Source: a candidate division WOR-3 bacterium
GTDB taxonomy: Bacteria; Hydrothermota; Tepidihabitantia; Tepidihabitantales; CAIPLT01
Direction: 5' to 3'
DNA: 18,867 nt
Assembly: GCA_965649215.1 (NCBI GenBank)
Contig: CBFGJZ010000030.1
Span: 1 to 18,867 of the forward strand
The notes below the pieces were generated by a model. That model made no database searches. It worked only from the letters and a program-made list of their open reading frames with translations, and was not told the origin of the DNA. The position numbers were made by a program, and so were the translations under genes. This document shows, one piece after another, positions 15,378 to 18,867 of the stretch; within the stretch, counting starts at the first letter, position 1, and the number at the start of each line of letters is the position of its first letter.

Positions 15378-16759
15378 TAAGGTATAATCAATCTAATATC
15401 TCATCTCTATTAAAAATATTTTTAGCGATTGTTGTTTACTTATCTTTTTTTTATCCAGTTCTCTTAGTTGCAGACACAATACCACCTTTACCTTTAGAAG
15501 AACTAAAAAAACTTAATATCCAATTTCAAGACACGCTCTTGCCTTTTCCTTTGTCTGATACATTCTCATTACAAGTTACGGGTGGTAATATTTTAGCAAG
15601 TTCGCTACTATTTTCTAAAGCGATCTTTAGTAAATCTCACTTAAAAATTTTTGCCTTAGTTGATAAAAATTACGATTATACAAATTACTTGAAATTTAAT
15701 AGCAGAATTAACTACGGGTGGTTAACAATAAACTCTTGGCAAAATCTTTCAGTAGGTTTAACCGATAACTTACGATATGACTTATCACCCCTTGATGCAA
15801 AATCAGCTTATCAAAATATTAATGTTATGTATCATCCAATTTGGTTTATCAAAAACATATACTTTGATACTAAACAGAATATTCGTTTAAGCCGCTATCT
15901 TAATCCTGAAGATAAAAATTATTTGGGTAATGACCTTATCCTAAAAATTAATCACCCAACTTGGCTGGGTAATCTAACTTATCAAACCGATCTCTTATAT
16001 CAGACAACAAAAAAAATAAATTTTGATAACAATCTTAGTTGTAAGGTAAACCTTTCCCATTTATTTTTAATAACTCCTCGTTTCTTTATCCAACCCTCAT
16101 TATCTTATTATCTACCAGAAAAGCAAATCGGTGAAAGAGTAAATTTGGGAATTCTCTTCAGTAACATTAAAACTCTGTTTGATCTTCAACACAACACAGT
16201 TATTCCTTACTATTTTGATACTCTATATGCAAATCTACTTCCGTATCGTTTTGAAACTTCTCCTTTAAAATATCTGCAGTCCGATTATACCCTCACAGTC
16301 AGTATTATATGGCATCATAATAGAATAAAAGGCAGTTTTGCTCAATATAATTCTTACCTAACTTTACAACCAATTCATGATTCCTTATTATACCAAACTA
16401 TACTGTCTCAATTACGAACAATTGAATTTTCAATGCGTAATCAATTGTATGGGATAACGAATAACTTAATTATTAATTATCCGTTTGGTAATTTTTTTAT
16501 AACCCCTAATTTTAACCTTACTGATTCGCTATCTTATCAATTTAAAAAAATGTTGATTGGTTTATCTTATCAGTATGTTGCAAAACGGACCTTGCCTTCT
16601 TATTCGATATTTTCTTTTAATTTTGGTTATCATTATAAGAATATAAACCTCACAACTGTTATTGAAAATATATTTAATAACCATTACTACCTAACGCAAA
16701 CTAATACCCATAAGGGAAGAAAATACTATCTCACAATTAGTTTTAATAAAATTATTTAA
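15374..16759 (+). CDS. Putative outer-membrane beta-barrel protein with TonB-dependent-receptor-like C-terminus
   Basis: ATGA overlap with the mtnA stop. Signal-peptide-like N-terminus. Aromatic-rich alternating strands. C-terminus LPSYSIFSFNFGY...IENIFNNHY.......GRKYYLTISF resembles the last strands of TBDRs. Confidence 0.6.
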   Translation: MIRYNQSNISSLLKIFLAIVVYLSFFYPVLLVADTIPPLPLEELKKLNIQFQDTLLPFPLSDTFSLQVTGGNILASSLLFSKAIFSKSHLKIFALVDKNYDYTNYLKFNSRINYGWLTINSWQNLSVGLTDNLRYDLSPLDAKSAYQNINVMYHPIWFIKNIYFDTKQNIRLSRYLNPEDKNYLGNDLILKINHPTWLGNLTYQTDLLYQTTKKINFDNNLSCKVNLSHLFLITPRFFIQPSLSYYLPEKQIGERVNLGILFSNIKTLFDLQHNTVIPYYFDTLYANLLPYRFETSPLKYLQSDYTLTVSIIWHHNRIKGSFAQYNSYLTLQPIHDSLLYQTILSQLRTIEFSMRNQLYGITNNLIINYPFGNFFITPNFNLTDSLSYQFKKMLIGLSYQYVAKRTLPSYSIFSFNFGYHYKNINLTTVIENIFNNHYYLTQTNTHKGRKYYLTISFNKII

Positions 16760-16822
16760 GATAGTAAATAGTGATTTATCCTTTAATCACTTGGATGCAA
16801 ATGGTTAACGATAAATATATTA

Positions 16823-18867
16823 TTATTTTATAACTAATATGGGTTTTGTTATTAAGTTGCGATTACAATTATATTCAAGATAATAAATCCCAGTTGCTAA
16901 ATTTGATAGTGTTATTGTTCTTGAATAAATACCTTGATCACAAGACTCATCGATTAACTTTTTAATTAGGCTCCCAGCGCTATTATATAATTTCACACTA
17001 ATCTTACTTCGTATTGGCACATAATAGGTTAGTGATAACATATTTTGGCAAGGATTAGGTTGAAGATTTATAAACTGATGTTCTAACTGACTCAACTTAG
17101 ATGATTGTTCGGTCATGGTCACATCATAAATCCTGACATTAGTTGGCATTATATCATTATAATATCCGAATTGATAAGACCAAAACTCTTGCGTATTATT
17201 GCCTTTTAATAGATAAATTCGGTGATTCCAAAATGCCAGTGCAGCTCCACCTTTTGGTACTGATTTCTTATTATATGGTAATGCGGGGATTGTTTCTTTT
17301 CTTGTCCACGAATTTGCTTGTGGGTTATATTGCCAAAATTCATTAGAACCACCGCCTTTAATCGCGTAGACAAAATAACCATCATTTGTTAATGCACCAC
17401 CGTTTTTAACTTTAACTTTCTTGTTTGTTCGTGGATTTAACAAGGGGATTGATTCTCGCATCGTCCATTGATCCAAGGTAATATAATAACTCACAAAATA
17501 ATTATTTTTCGCACTACCTTTAAGGACATAAATCGTATCCTCTAATAAAGTCATATCACTACCATCCTTGTATGCTTTATAATCCGGATTATACAACGCC
17601 CTTGCACAAACTTGCCAATTCTTCGTGATGGTATCATAAGCAAAGAAGTTCTGTTCGGGATACCTTACCGAACCTGCTAACAAATAAATTTTACCATTGC
17701 CAAAGACAATTTTTGAACCACCTTTTAATCCTTTTGAGATTGGCACCTCAGTTTTATATGACCATTGATTTTCGGAAATATTATATTGCCATAATTCATT
17801 ACTGCCACCACCCTTGATCGCAAAGATTTTATTATCGCCATCATATGTTAATGCTGCGCCTTTCTTTATATTTTTCTTTACCTCTTTGTCATTTACAAAA
17901 CGGTTTGGGATTGCTGTCATTTGATACCAATTAACTCCATCGTACTTATAAAATTCACGGCTGTTATTACCGCGAAATGCGAACAGACCAGAACTAGTTG
18001 CTACTAAAGCACCGCCATCTTTAACGTACTTTCCCGTCAATTGAGTCGGAAAATTTGTCTGCTGTAACCAACCAGCTGGTTCAGGTCGTTCAAGAACCAC
18101 AACTGTGCCATTTACCGTATCATTTAATGGATTATCATCAGTCGTCAATTTAGTATAACATTGTGTATAATAAGTGCCGACCAAAGCATTAAAATTACCA
18201 AATTCTACTTCGTTTGAGCTATCGGGTAGTAGATTTGCAACATATCGCTGCTGGCTAAAAACGATGTTATTATTAACATCCCGAATTAAAAAATATGCGG
18301 TACAGGAAGCAACCCGGTGATAATAATTTTTTACTAAGGCCCTTACTGAAATTTGTCCTGTATATTGAGTTCCCGTTGGACTTACAATTTCATGAATACC
18401 AACATCATGAAATCTAACTTGCACATTACCCGTTAACACATTATTTCCTGAATTATAATCATCTCCAAGCATCGTTGAACATCTGGTTATGAAATTACCA
18501 AAGTATCTTGCAGTCCAAGGGGCAAAAGAAACAACTTGATAAGAATTACCTGCAATGGTTGCGGTTTGAATATTAGAATAACCGTCATTAATTTCAAACT
18601 TAACATTGCAACTTATCGGATTGGGACCATAATTAGCAATCACTGCGACGGGATTAGTAACAAAACCAGAATCAACAACACCGTTCGGTGCTTCGATTAA
18701 AAGCGGGCTTGCATCTTTATTAAAAGTAAATAAAATAGCAGTTTGGGCAGTTGGTTTATGTGCTGATGGCGAGCCATTCACTACATATTGTTGATAATAA
18801 TTATTTGCACCAATACCACCTTGAATACCAATGGTACATGATGTGTCAGAAACTTGGGAAACTCGTT
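16823..18867 (-). CDS. Kelch-repeat protein with Ig/CARDB-like domains and T9SS type A C-terminal domain (partial; 5' end beyond the window)
   Basis: Frame stays open upstream of the track's GTG 18781 to the window edge (RVSQVSDTSCTIGIQGGIGANNYYQQYV). Two Ig-like units ending DD..S/PxNxT/V. Six K.GG/GA..L......Y..KG....EFW.Y repeats. CTD QPNP...KLYNSAG...LATGIYYL...KPILVIK. Confidence 0.88.
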   Translation of the reverse strand, partial: RVSQVSDTSCTIGIQGGIGANNYYQQYVVNGSPSAHKPTAQTAILFTFNKDASPLLIEAPNGVVDSGFVTNPVAVIANYGPNPISCNVKFEINDGYSNIQTATIAGNSYQVVSFAPWTARYFGNFITRCSTMLGDDYNSGNNVLTGNVQVRFHDVGIHEIVSPTGTQYTGQISVRALVKNYYHRVASCTAYFLIRDVNNNIVFSQQRYVANLLPDSSNEVEFGNFNALVGTYYTQCYTKLTTDDNPLNDTVNGTVVVLERPEPAGWLQQTNFPTQLTGKYVKDGGALVATSSGLFAFRGNNSREFYKYDGVNWYQMTAIPNRFVNDKEVKKNIKKGAALTYDGDNKIFAIKGGGSNELWQYNISENQWSYKTEVPISKGLKGGSKIVFGNGKIYLLAGSVRYPEQNFFAYDTITKNWQVCARALYNPDYKAYKDGSDMTLLEDTIYVLKGSAKNNYFVSYYITLDQWTMRESIPLLNPRTNKKVKVKNGGALTNDGYFVYAIKGGGSNEFWQYNPQANSWTRKETIPALPYNKKSVPKGGAALAFWNHRIYLLKGNNTQEFWSYQFGYYNDIMPTNVRIYDVTMTEQSSKLSQLEHQFINLQPNPCQNMLSLTYYVPIRSKISVKLYNSAGSLIKKLIDESCDQGIYSRTITLSNLATGIYYLEYNCNRNLITKPILVIK

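Noticed and set aside
16770-16791. AGTGATT-N8-AATCACT inverted repeat between the convergent barrel and kelch genes
   Set aside because: A 7-bp AT-rich stem without a clear U-tract, too weak to call a terminator.
9328-17346. ORFs 9328-9564, 12156-12344, 13496-13708, 13967-14371 and 17143-17346
   Set aside because: They overlap well-supported genes (REase, M16 subunits, HU, kelch protein) antisense or out of frame.

Overview
AT-rich bacterial chromosomal window. The C25 gingipain-like protease, the 'KxGGAL' kelch-like protein and the two T9SS-type C-terminal sorting domains suggest an FCB-related diderm, most likely candidate phylum WOR-3 (inference, not searched). Genes in order: a partial secreted protein with alternating ~140-aa repeats (minus strand, absent from the ORF track); a long N-terminally extended GreA; TsaC/Sua5; a C25 peptidase; RarA; a type II restriction-modification pair (SPPY-type MTase plus TdeIII/MjaII-like REase); a WG-repeat protein; an M16 peptidase pair; HU; MtnA; a putative outer-membrane beta-barrel; and a partial kelch/T9SS-CTD protein. 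The most unusual unannotated structures are (i) a degenerate array of about 18 x 12 bp just downstream of the R-M genes, (ii) a nested palindromic operator-like element before the MTase, whose N-terminus is HTH-like, with a related inverted motif at the far end of the cassette, (iii) the A-B-A-B 'DPDPYGN' repeat protein with a long structured leader and small ORF, and (iv) recurrent leaderless-type gene starts.
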